Origin: Trichoplax adhaerens
Taxonomy: Eukaryota > Animalia > Placozoa
Assembly: GCF_000150275.1 (NCBI RefSeq)
Contig: NW_002060948.1
Location: 434,001-498,000 of the forward strand
DNA length: 64,000 bases
Direction: 5' to 3'
Made by a program: the position numbers and the translations under genes. The notes below the pieces were generated by a model that worked only from the letters and a program-made list of their open reading frames with translations, did no database searches and was not told where the DNA came from. Shown here one piece after another: positions 1-13,309 of the stretch (the stretch's first letter is position 1; each line of letters opens with the position of its first letter).

Positions 1-2535
1 TTTTAACTAGTTAACCGATGATAACTTATAACGGAACTGGTCTATGTTACCATTAATATCACAACGGTGATATCGATAAAGAGTGATACTCCCATCTATT
101 TCGTCAAGATTAATACCAGTAACAAGAACTAAGTAAAACAAAATTAGAGATGGAGAAGCACTTACCAGCAATTAGCAAAGTAAAGCTTAAATCTTGTCCA
201 ATCCCGATAGCAAAGGGAAATCAGCGTTTAGACAACTGGCGATTGCCTACAAGCTCTAATGTGCACTGTGATTATTACTGCGATGATATACTGTTGTACG
301 TATAGGTTAGAGTATAAAATTACTAATTACCCTATTTCAGTCTTCTATACTATCTGCAATCTCATAATGATTGCTTTACTCAATACAATAGACTGTAGCT
401 AGGGCAGCTAGTATTCCATGAGTATGCATATTATTATAATATGATCATGGTTACAGTTCCGGATCTCTCTTCTACCATTAATATAACCAGTATTACTATC
501 AATTATATAGTTAACTGATAGCAACTGTGACAACAGTACTAACCACTGGCTATACAAATAAGGTTATAATTTTTAATCAATACAAACTAGATCAGGGTTG
601 GGCTTATTTCTATTATTTTGGTTGATAGGTGGGGAGTCAAAAGTATAATATTCGTAAGGGCTATATTTAACTACCCAGTCCCACCCAAGTAAAAGGAAGG
701 GCCGTGACGTGGATGATAATAAAAAACACATGTATGGTCTTTTAGTAATTTATTCAAATCTCTATATCATAAAATCTACTCGTTAACGAATGTTAAAGCT
801 TAAAACAAATGTATAGAGATAGATGACATATAATTGTATAATTCTAATTACAGCCTGTCTCGACCACACCCACTCAGAATTCAATATCTGTCATAATAGT
901 TAGCAATCTTTACAACGTCTTCAAAGCATTGCTGTATACTTACAATGAATTAATTTAATCCTGAAATTAAATAGTGTAGCTGCAAAGGTATACCAGTCTT
1001 GTTTGGATTGTGGAATACCGTTTTTCTCGGATAGAAATAATTATCAGCTACAGAATTGTAATACTTTATCAACGTTGTTTAATTATTAGTATGAGCAGAT
1101 AGCAATTAATTTAAACATGAATGTTGAGACGGTTTTACGATAAGTCTTTATTTGAACGCCTGTCCTGCTCCTTACTCTTACATGTACAACCGTCGCAGCT
1201 GGTCCCTTATCCAGTGATTATATATATATAGTTGTATATCAAACGTTATCATACCGGACTATCTATCCCTAATACCTTAATACAGTATTCATGTTTAAAG
1301 TGTACCAACTACCAAGTCATAAGCTACACATCGAATACTATGAACCACACGAATGGACATACAAAGACGTATATCGTCGCAAATGTTGCGGTAATCACCA
1401 CAATTTGAATCCTTGATGACATGCAATCTCTCATTAACTGTATTTAAATAAAAGGAAAACAACATGACCATGACGAGGCAACAATAGAACGTGTATTTCT
1501 ATCATAGTTATATATCAACGCATTTGATTTTAAAATTACAACTACGCGTATTACAGCCACCTAGTATATTAGCCTTGTTTTGATTGTTCAAGTGCCATTT
1601 ATCTCCGGATATGGACGACTTGATATCAATCGTAGATATGAGATTTTTCATACAACACCGTGAATTAGTGACATGCAGCTGCAGATAATTAATTAAAACA
1701 ACGCAAGCGTCGCAGTAATCGCTACAACTTTCATTCACAATGCTTTGCATGATATCTGTATTGTATTTTAAATGTCTCGACATAAGTCATTTTGAAATGA
1801 AAGATTTCTCCTATACTTCTATAACCTAAATATTACATTATGAATTATGGATAGCACGGATGCTACTATAATCGTAGGGGATTTTTATCGTGATAATATA
1901 TAAAATATTTCTTGTACTTCAAATACTGCGAATCGATACTATAATGTACAAATAAAAACTAAACATGTACTCGTACTCTTATAATTTCAAATTTAGCATC
2001 GTAATCTTAATACGATCTCGGCATCTACCTTTAATATAAGCACTAACACCTGCATAAATATTCAGAAGTGAAAAACATCGTAAATCAATGATTGATTATA
2101 AATTAACTCTAAAAAAGCTGTAGCCTACATGCCCTAATTTGACTTTCTCCGAAGAACGCAAAATGAGTTAATACTGGCTAATTGCCAATATCTGTTTGCT
2201 TATTCCGTCGTCAATTTTTCAAAAAAGTTTTATTTGTTTAACAGCATATTCTGTACGATCGTATTAAATCGAATTAACATAATTTGTACGAGTATTAAAT
2301 AGTCAGTTTGATCATTAACTATCACATATAAAACACAACCGATATGGTTTATCAAATAAATCAGCTAATAATTCGATATATAACACATGCTCATAACAAC
2401 TTCCTTTAGTTTCTAACGGATGATCATAACATAGATATCATCCTATTCCTAGATTAAGATCCATACCACTCATTATTATTGATATTAATCCCTATAATTT
2501 GGATTATAAAGTTCTTTAAATAATTCGTTATCAAA

Positions 2536-5500
2536 TTAAATATGGTCAACGACGAATACTAACCTGTAAGATTTCTTCTCATAAAATTTAACACGACGTT
2601 TGCGTACAGATCTGAATTACAGAAGTGAGCATAATGAATTAAATTTATAATTTAGTTCGAGAAAAAACATCTATTTATTTCTTATACTATATAACACTGC
2701 TAGATTCTTACCCAACTGGTTTTCGAGACTCAATAATGCCCCTTCTTTGGAAGCTCTTAAATCGATCTTTGAATAGGTTGCCTTCCACCTAAAATAAATA
2801 GGTTATTAATCTACAATAACGTATTCTAAATCAATTTTAAAGCAACGCATTTAATTGTTCAACATTGCAAGCCGTACCGATGATGTTCTTAAGGAGCCTG
2901 TTAACTCGGTACTAAGTTTAATATCTATTTTCGGTTCTTCATAACTACATGAAAGCTCAGGAATAGAACGGGTAATAGCAAAGATAAAAGTAATTCGAAA
3001 AATTTCACGATGGCACTCTGAAGAGATGTACCAATTCTATTCCTAAATAAATCTTTAATTAATTCATTAGCAAAGTAGATAAAATAGATACGGGAGTTTT
3101 CCAAGCCGCTTAGGCATATGTCTACTATTTGCTAGCTTTAGCTCTTTCGTTTGCTGCTTTTTAGAAGATATTTCTTCAACTTCATTTAATTTACTTTTAA
3201 TTTTTCTTAATCTATGATGCAAAAATATTTAGACGCGTTATTAACAAACAATGCTATTCATACATGATATATTATCTCAAAATATACCATCTATCAGTTT
3301 TTACGAAAGCTTGGCATAAATAGTACAAAATACCTGTAAATATCTTGCATTCTAGACTTTTTCAATTTTACGTCGTTATTGGCCATAGCCTAATTCGTTA
3401 GAGCAGCGGTAATAACATTAAGTTCACCGATCAATTAGCTAAATAACGTATACAAATGATAACGCCGCAAACCCGTAATTTCCTAATCTTTTTTAATCTT
3501 TTTTCTCGTAATGTTAGCCTTCTCCTAGCTCCTGTTCTAGTATTACCAACAGCGATATCATCATCAGACGCGCTACTGTTTACGTCATCTTCGTTTTCTT
3601 CCGTTTGAAACAGCCCACATGACATTTCTTCTTTCCATGTTGTCTAAGAATTTAAGAAAATTTTTAACGCTTTTAAATAACTATTTACGATCCCAAAACT
3701 AATATGAACACTAAATACGACTATACCACATCGTTCTGAAAGTTCTCTGGTAGCGCTAGCTTTCGATCTAATTTTTCTTGCTTTTTCAGTGATTTCATCT
3801 CTTCATCTATTGCATCACGCAGCAATACCTATTTAGGAATTAATCATAACGTTATAAACATGCACGTTACAGCTAACATCTAGATGCCACTACAAAAATT
3901 TATAGTCATACAAGCGGCGCTACAGTATACTCGGAAATAACCAGTGCTAACGGAATGGTCGCAATGTAATGGTCCCAGAACTGTAGATGTAGTGATATCA
4001 AGCAGGTGATAAGAAATTGTGTGCGGAACATTTGACTGACCTGATGATCATCATAAGCTGGATTATATGATGCTCCTGAGCTACATATTTGAACATTAGG
4101 CACTTCTGTTTCGATTTTTGCAACACTAACAGGTCGCTAAAAATAAATTATATAGTTCTAAACCGGTAGCAAACATAATATACATCTAAACCAGATCTCT
4201 TACGTGGCGCATACGGAATACTAGCAAATTATGAAAATAGTTCCACAAAATTGCATTTAATAATAACGTAATCAAGAACATATTTACTGACCATTGCAAA
4301 TAGAATACCTTGTATTGATCTTTTGTCGTAGAAGCTATTTGATCACCCTTCTTTATTCCTTTCGAATCTAATGTAGTGAATATAAATTAAGTATTACCTG
4401 ACAGAAATCAGCAAAGTGCTTGGCATAAGTCATTCCTTCGTATTTAATACTAAGGGTAAAACGATATCTTGAATATTAAATAAGTTATTTATTGAATACT
4501 AAAGACAAAACGATATTGTGAAGACGAATATTAGTATAGCTAATATATTTACTGTTAGCGGCCAGACTTTCATCACTTTGCCACAGGCTGTAAACTTGCT
4601 GTGAATTACTATTGTCAGGTACTTTTTCTTTACTATTACTAGTCTTCCCAATCAGTTTTTTTTTCTTTTTCAGCTCTAGATCCAAATTATAATCTTTACT
4701 ATTGGTTTTCCTTTTTATTGCTTCTACTTTAGAAACTGGTTTTAGGAGAGACTCGATCGTTAAAGGTTTCCGCTTTCTATTTTTCTTCTCTTTTATCGCC
4801 GGCACTATACATAAGATAGGTAAGAATAGTAAGATATAGCTATGGCAAGAAGATCGCCGTTGGCTCAGACATACATGACATTATTTCTATAACTATACCA
4901 TCAATTACTGTTACTTCTTGATCATCATAATTGCAAAACGACAGAAGATTTTCACTTCATCAAACTGTATCGATAATAATAATACAGTATTGCTTTTTCT
5001 TAGTCTATTTACCTTGATCCGATTTCGCATCTTCTGTGCCTCTTTCAACGTAAAACAGCTCGTCATTGCTCTTCAAAGATGCTGGGCCTCTATAATATAT
5101 ATAATTATTTCAGTAAAGCGGGCAGACGAAAACTGTTGTAATTACGCTAAGATACTATATATGTTACGTGGCAATCCTTGGTAACGTAGCATTTATAGTC
5201 TTAGAATATGCGGTGTGTAGCTGTAGCAATATAACATGATACCACTCTACTGTGCATATTCGTCCATGCTGAATATAGGTCCTAGTTATGCTCAATAAAC
5301 AAGTGCGCAAGTATCACCAGCATGGTGTTCGACTAGTTTTATATAATTACAGAGAATATCTTTAGAAAACCTAATGTTTTAGATTGTTCACAAACACTAT
5401 CATTACTCAGACGTATTATGTGAATTTAAAAAGGCTAACTAGAAGTTCTTTCTACCTGGTTATAGACAACCATATCAGATAACCTATAATTATTTATCAG

Positions 5501-5832
5501 CATGCACTACGGCAAGCAACCTGTTAAACATGATTGATAGTAACGATGAAGTGATTGTCCTTAATGCTTATTCATGACCACTTTGTATTGAAAATATGAT
5601 ATGCATAACGATGATTACGAGTACCGCATAGTTATCCGTAAGAACTACTCGAAGCAAACCTTAGACATGATTACATTTACTGAAACTAGCATAAACAATT
5701 TCATTAGCCATTGTTCCTTTACCCTAGTCTTTCATCTCTACGAACTTCTTCCAGGTGAGCTTCAACATCAGAAATGTCTGTCTTCTTCCTCCAAACAGAT
5801 TTCGATTTCTTGCTATATCTTTTCCTGACCAT
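2536..5832 (-). CDS. NOP53: Ribosome biogenesis protein NOP53 (GLTSCR2), multi-exon
   Basis: Spliced translation: exon 1 (5723-5832) MVRKRYSKKSKSVWRKKTDISDVEAHLEEVRRDERLG, then NDELFYVE, KPLTIESLL, VYSLW, GASYNPAYDDHQ, KLDRKLALP, MSCGLFQTEE, PKRLGKL, EPKIDIKLSTELTGSLRT, EGNLFKDRFKSFQRRGIIE, RKRRVKFYEKKSY. Order and motifs match NOP53. The exact 3' end is uncertain (read-through stop at 2536, or a tiny last exon near 2490-2515). Confidence 0.93.
4865..4928 (-). ncRNA. Candidate intronic box C/D snoRNA in NOP53 intron 2
   Basis: Minus strand: box C ATGATGA (4928-4922), box D CTGA (4868-4865), possible D' TTGA, imperfect terminal stem CGTT..GC / GC.CAACG. Box D lies about 60 nt upstream of the 3' splice site. 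No rRNA target recognised. Confidence 0.3.
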
Positions 5833-6193
5833 GTTGCCACTACTCGTTTGTTGTAATTCTGTATTCCTACTAATAGAACTTAATTTCCTTTAGCAATCAC
5901 GAACTCAATAACTGCTGCACCTAAAAAATATCCTCAATTCAAGTAATGTAGTCAAGCATGGATGTCTTGAACTGGTCTTCAGCATTGTGCTAGCAAATCA
6001 TCTTCCCCGGCAGCTTTCTTTAGTTCCATATGAACTGATTACACTGTTTAGCACAGTAGATAGCCATACTAACTTAAGTCTCTTACAGTATTGCACACTG
6101 TCCTGTACAGTACAATCTACAGTATACAGTACTGTACAGAATCCAACAAAATTTAAGTTTATATACTAAAAATATTAAATTGAAGCAACGTAT

Positions 6194-6275
6194 GACGAGG
6201 TGGCCGAGTGGTTAAGGCGATGGACTGCTAATCCATTGGGCTCTGCCCGCGTGGGTTCGAATCCCATCCTCGTCG
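6194..6275 (+). tRNA. tRNA-Ser (anticodon GCT)
   Basis: 82 nt: GACGAGG acceptor stem pairing with CCTCGTC, A box TGGCCGAGTGG, anticodon arm TGGA-CTGCTAA-TCCA, long variable arm, T arm GGTTCGAATCC; oligo-T Pol III terminator near 6290. Confidence 0.98.
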
Positions 6276-8990
6276 TTTAAATACGATATATTTTTTTTAT
6301 TTTCAATTACCCTCTAAATCCCAACAAATTCATAATACTGGAAAATAAGCTATATAAGTCTTATAATTTTTGCAGACGAGTCTTAAATTCATAATAAATA
6401 ACGGTAATTAAACATTTGCAAATTCATCCTCGAGTTCAAAAACTTAGAAAATGTTACTTTCCTGCCTTTGATTTTAGTAATGATTATTATTTATAGTGTA
6501 TAATTCGTAAAATCAATGATTTGGCTGCTTGAATTACTGGATTAGCCTACAGTCATGATTACCAGACATTTTCTAGCAGTCGATATTGCAGTATACTCCA
6601 GCATGCATACTGTAGATGAATCAGGTGAAAATTGTGGAGTAGTCCCTGGCTGAGTACAGTAGTCGCTATTGAATAGCGGCGTTGCGTTCGTGAGAGAAAA
6701 CAAATCGTTCAATAAATATTCCATCTAGCTGCATAATGCAGACTGTTGAAGGTAGCTTATAGGACGGTAAATTACGATCTTATTTGATCTTATTTGTACA
6801 AGTAGTACTCTGGAATGCGTGAAGGGCGTGTTTGCGATTGGTTATTATTCATGATTTTCATATTACCCTTATCGACTGTCTTCGTTCACAGTTAATAGTT
6901 TAATAGTATAATTATCACTTTATGTGTATATTCTGTCATAGTAGATTTTATTTCCGGACTACTGTAGTATCTTATATGATTATTCCTTTGCCAGGAGCAC
7001 TGAAATTATAATTAATCAGTTTGATTTATTTGATAGTATGCAGTTTTTTAATATTAACGGCTGCATATTAACCTTAATAGATTGTTCAGTAAGTATCACT
7101 CTCTTATTTCATCTTTAATAACAAAATGCGATATATATGACTACGTAATACGTGTAACTAAATCAATGGCAACTTCTATCTTTGCAAATCGAAACATCAT
7201 CTGATACAAGATTATACTTTGTACCATGCAAACCATCTTCTGCTCGTATGTCGGCTAAATATTGAAATGTATTAGATAGATGATGGTCGTCGCTTTAATT
7301 TAATTTCTTTAGATAGTTCTCGTAAATTTTCGCATGGCAAATCCAACTTTATTAATAACTTCTATTTTAAATCTGTAGTTTTCGATTACGCTACGATAAA
7401 CGTATGCACATCATAGTCATAGTACAGGATGTGTACTGTATAGCTTCACAACTGAATTTTTTAGTAGCAAATAGGTATAGTAGTACAGTAGTAATACTTT
7501 TGTATAGTATCGTACATTAGGATCAATTACACTAATCACAAGAATAGATGCAATTTATCATCGTTATTTTGTTTTTGCTATAAATATGCGTGTATGTGTA
7601 GATATAAATTTTATACACTATTCACTACAGAATTCAGTTCATTCAAAATAAATATTTCAAATCAATCTATTCTAAATTTAAGAAATGACTAAATGTATAT
7701 GTCGGAGTACGGACTACTAAGAAAAAAATTGCATCGGGCTTTTTCTAGTAGTCCATAGCAGAAGCTACGCGATGCTTTTGACAATTTCATAACTACATTA
7801 CTAATTTAATTGATTCTGTACCTACGTACGAATATTGGTATACAAGGAATTATACGTGAATATGAAATATCCTCATTACTGAGTTTATGTTACTAAAAAA
7901 CCTTACATAGTCCTAAGTACTAAAGTAAATAGTAGATTTTGAACAATAATTACCTAGCGCAGGTAAATTATATTTATGTAGGCAAGCATTTTAATTACAA
8001 TTTACCGCGGAATCATTCATTCATAAGAACGTGTTGCATGTAAAGTTATATCGATCGATAATATAGTCTAACGGAATCGGTTTGTAATCAATATTTTCCT
8101 ATTTATTCCCACATTGTCTTGAATCTGTTAATAATTAATATATCAATGCCGTTACGCAGACTTTCTAAATAGCTATATTTACACGAGGTTACGTAGTCGA
8201 AATAGGTTTATCATTTTGTAAACGCTAAAATGATTTCGAAAATTATCGTCGTTCATACGCAACAGATGTTCACCTTTCGCGAATTGACCATAGATAAAAT
8301 AATTTAGAAAATCCACTACATACTTAAAGGAATAGCATATTATTTTTTGACATTTATCTTGCATAACACGATTTAACGAATGAACAGTGAGTAAGTAAAC
8401 AAGCTGTACTCACTCAGCTTTGTAATATGCAGCAAGATGGATTAAATCAAGAAACGTTTAACATTGTTGTGCGATGGTTTGCAATTAGACTATTGCTGAT
8501 TATCCCTCGCATTCCGAGGTATACCAGAAACAAGTCTTACTCAATACCTGAGCTGTACACATACGAATACATAACTTTAGTTAGACACTGTAATAAGTAG
8601 TAAATGTTACAATGTTCTGTCATCACGTCATTATAAGATGTTGCCAGTCAAAACAAAACGAAATTTGTACACAAAGCCTTAAAATAACTCACAGGTTATA
8701 GATTCAGATAAATCTAGAAATCCATGACATACTGTATCGATATAACTCGCGATTACAGACAACTTTTACGACACTTATTTTGATTTTTCATTAGTTGTGG
8801 AACTACCAAACCATCCCGACCACCAGGTGTTAGAATTAGATTGTGGTGAAACATTGCTATCGCTCTTTCCTGTAGCGGGCGGTTCAGAAATGGCAGGAAC
8901 TGGTACTGACAAATCCGTTGGCCCTTCGAAATTCTGATCTTCTTGCCTTGCTTCCTAAACAGCGATAGAAGCCCAAAACATGACTTAATA

Positions 8991-11204
8991 TTAATCACCA
9001 GGCATGATATCATGTATAATTTTAACTACCGGTGCGCTCCTCGAGCCAAAGAGCTTTCCTGTAAAGCCGCCAGAAGACCATCTGTTATTAGCAGCACCAC
9101 GTTCTCGTTGCAGTTTTGTTCTACGTTGTTCCTCTTCAAGGAAACGGGCTTGGTTCGCTTTAAATACTTCCAGCATATCATCACCTTGTTGACGATAAAA
9201 ATCTAGGACAGTGCGAACGTCACTTACACCGGAAGTTGCTATTGCTATTATAATATGAAAAAAAGTTCTAATTTGGTAATTCAATCAGACAACATACCCA
9301 AATCATTTAACAACATCAGATGCATTACTTCGTAAAAATGGAATTAAATCAAACAAAGTTGTATCGGATGGATCACCATCCCATCTCTTTAAGTGAACAG
9401 CATTACTCTCATTTAATTTGGTTGCATTTCGATCCCAATCAACGACGATAACTTTGGAAAGATCACGGTTAAGAGCAGACATGTCCTAAACCAAAGATTA
9501 GATTAAATATATTTATGCTATATAAACGCACAAAAACTTCGGATATACTATACGACTGTAACCTTGATATGATGACCATTTTTGTATAAGGTGGAATCTC
9601 TAAACAACCTATACATGATGCAACCTTCTGAATCTAGCTTGTCAATGACTGGCATAGCGCCCTGATAAAAATCGCATATATAAGAAAAATAATATTACGT
9701 CACGAGTTATAGCCAAAGAAAGCACAGAGGCACAAAGTAATTGACTTACCATTCCTCCCTCACAAGTAAAAATAACAATTTCAAAAAGTGGAGGAGCACA
9801 TTGTCTGAGAAGAGCATCAACACCTGGTCTTTTCCTAAAACGCCATCCCGTAGCTCTCTAAAAATTAATACCCCAATATTTCGTTAAGCAGTTGATTTTA
9901 AATTCCCGTGGTATCTGTCCAAATGTAAAGTCTCAATTAAGTACAGTTTTTAAAGGCTTACATCGTACTCAGGATGTACCAATATGTCTGTCATCTCCAA
10001 GACCAATGTATAAGGTGGTTGATAGTATGGTTCAGTTAAAGGGTCAGGCAATAATTTGGGGCTGATTGGATCGGAGAAGTACTGAAAGAACGTAAAACGT
10101 TATTTTAATCCTTGCCAAATGTAAATTACAATCCGTACTTCAATAAAGTATATTCCGATCAAAGCTATGCACGACTAGATTTAAAATTAGCCACTAAGAT
10201 ACGAATTTCGATTATAATTATTATTGCGAAGCAAATTGTATCATTCCTAGTAAAATCATATTGAGATGGTCTATCTTGAGCTGACGATACTGGAATACTA
10301 TACCTTATAGTAAATCGCTTACCTTGATAGAGTTCCTAAGTCTATCTTTTGCGCGATAAATGTAAGCCAAAGCAATGTTTTCTATTTATAGGTCATGATA
10401 TAATAAAATTACTTCAAGGTAATTATAATTATGTAGAGTATGAGCTAGAGGATACTGCAATAGGCATTTGCGCGTCATTATTTATGTAATAAAAGTTTAC
10501 TGTAGCTATTTCTAAATTCTGAAATATATATTACTATAAAATTGCCAACTTGCCACAAATTGCTTGATATTATAACAGTAGCTATATTATACGATGCCAG
10601 AAATATTGCTACTATAGCACTTACTATGATCATAATTATCAATGTCCTGTAGATTTAACAAATAGATAGAGATTAGAGATGAGCAACGATTGACTTGTAG
10701 ATATAACACTTATATATCTATATCTATACATTAATTATAATTATTAGTATTGATGTATAGTTTGGGCAAAAGCAGTAACACTAAAAAGGAGTAAAGTTTA
10801 CCTCCTCTGGTTCCTTCGATGGAGCCCCTAGTTGAGTAAGTATGAATCGACATAAATGCTATGAGAATGACTCTTTGATATAACTATATTCATCATCACG
10901 TTAAATAAGTCAACCTAAATCTACAGTAGATGCCAAAACTACTACATCCACTACCTGCGAAAATGATTCCAGCAACACCAATGCCTACGGTTGTGCCAGC
11001 AAAGATTACCCATCCACGAATGCTCGGTCCTCCTTTCTTTTTTTCAGGCCGCTTGTAATACGTACGCGTTCGGTTAGGACGTAACGAATGCAAGCTCCAT
11101 TTGTTTTCTTCCGCTCTCAGCTGGTACAAGTATCTTCTACAGCCTTTCAGTAGCGTTGAATACATACCAATATTAAATGGTCTACTTTTTAAAATCGACA
11201 TCAT
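8991..11204 (-). CDS. TIMM50: Mitochondrial inner membrane translocase subunit TIM50, multi-exon
   Basis: Basic presequence-like N-terminus and TM segment ([20 protein letters not shown]), then [100 protein letters not shown] introns and two micro-exons (about 26 and 22 nt). Confidence 0.96.
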
Positions 11205-13309
11205 GATGATCCAACGTGATGTCTGGCCTAAGGAAAGTGCAGCTAGGTATACAGCCTAGTAAAATCTTGCATTGCAGTGCTCTGGTCTGCACTGTCATGT
11301 GCACACCAGAGCCCTGTGCAGTTAGTCCGCGGTGCAGTTTACAGTACAGTACAGTATGGACGGTACTGTGCAATACATGCTACAGTACACTAATACAGTA
11401 CTGTACTGGACAGTGTGCAGTAGCGTGCTAGGCCCCCATACGGTGCTGATCATCAGATTCATGTTGTAAGTAAAGTCATGGACTACTACAAGTCCAGTTA
11501 AGTTTTAAAAGAGATTCTTCGATGGAAACGTTTACAGCACTTTGGCAACACTGCCAGAAATCAATTACTACAGTAGTCATTTCCAGTAGTGGATGACTTT
11601 GGTATTTTATAAAATTCTCTATATTGCACCACTGCAATATAACCAGTGATAAGAATGATTCTTATTCTCTTAACGCAAATACTGTCAATCATATTCACTT
11701 GTAAATTTGTAAATTCAAAACACTAACACTCAGACTACTCAGTTCAGTACCATTCCAATTTAGAATAGTTAGTAATCCCTGGTTGCGATTAGCGTATTTC
11801 AATAACTTTGTTAACCATGACTCTAGTTTTACAGTGTAGCATTGACTGTACAATGTGTACTGTGCATTAAGCAATTCATGGTCTACTCTAGTCCGACTAA
11901 TCCACTCTAGGCCTGTAGACGTCTCAGCACGATCATAGGACTCGCAAAGATGCCAAATTGAAACAGCAATCAAGAAATTTTCTAGTCCCATTCATTTACT
12001 CATTCACTTTCATTATATAACATATACCGTTTTACAGTACAATTAATCACGCTACCTGCACTGCCAGTAGTAGATTACGAGTACGAACGAGCTAGGAATA
12101 AAAAATAGCATGTAATTTAAGTATAAATGATCTTCATTAACTCCGCGTAAACCGATCACTTATTCTATAAATTGTTGATCTTTTCTGCCATTAATTTAAA
12201 GTGATTGGGGGCTAGATTGAATTAATAATTAATTAATTTAAGAACTAACTTCTAGTGGACAATCTTGTAATCGTTAATTTCATATCCTCTTCTTCTTGTA
12301 TCATTGATCGAGCTGGATGGATGAGCATTATGAATATAACGACGTTGCATATTCTATTAATTTACACCACGTACAAGTAGGTATTACTATTGAACATCTA
12401 ATTGGTAGCAGTGCTGTGCAAAATAATATTGTTAATAACGGTTGCACTTACTCTCCGCGTCACACGGTACGATTAAAAAATTTTTTAGTATAAAGGATTC
12501 ACAACGAATTGGACCACCATCGGAAATCGAAAATAATACCCGCACCCATTTAATCGCATACAACACAGGACTGTGCATATGATGATAATGAAATGTAGTA
12601 ACCCTAGTTGTATCAACCCGTTATTTAAACTACTACTCGTCAGTCGCCACTAACAGGAATTATAATTAAAATGTATAAAGAGTAACCCATAGAAAAAATA
12701 TTCAATAGTAATAGAAATGGCATCATTACTGAATTTTACACCCTTATCTGTGATTAACAGTATTTGATAATATTGTATTATCATTATTACCCCCCTCAGC
12801 TGATTATATAATATATAAATTGTTGATCAATGATGTACAAAGTATAAAATTTTCTTTATAGCCATTTGATAACTGTAAGCAATAATTTAATAAGTCCACA
12901 AATCATATTAGAATAATTGGCATGATCATGATTTAGCTTCCCAAAAATGATCATACCTAATTTTATTTACGATCAACCAAACATGGAGATAGCAAATCAA
13001 GTACAAATTCTATTTACTATACCAACAGTCATTCGTTATTACCATATTGAAATAATAAAGAGTGATAAGGCAATTAAAGTACTGTTATTGCGTTCGACAA
13101 CGTAATTATCATTAACGACTTCTAATTATGACAAGAAGACAAAATCGTCAAGCAACATTGATTCATTTATCGATGAATGATAATTCAGTTAATTAACTAA
13201 GATTCAGTTATTACGTGAGTACTTAAACATTAACGACTGTATCCGATGATGCTACTACTACGTAAGATTTAACTCTTTCCCTAGAAATTTCAACATCAAG
13301 TTAGTTAAT

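Noticed and set aside
1-2400. Short exon-like minus-strand pieces and ORF 1508-1783
   Set aside because: No recognisable domain or consistent splice chain.
6194-6275. Possibility that the long-arm tRNA is tRNA-Sec, given SPS2 in the window
   Set aside because: The anticodon is GCT and the 7-bp acceptor stem is canonical, so it is an ordinary tRNA-Ser.
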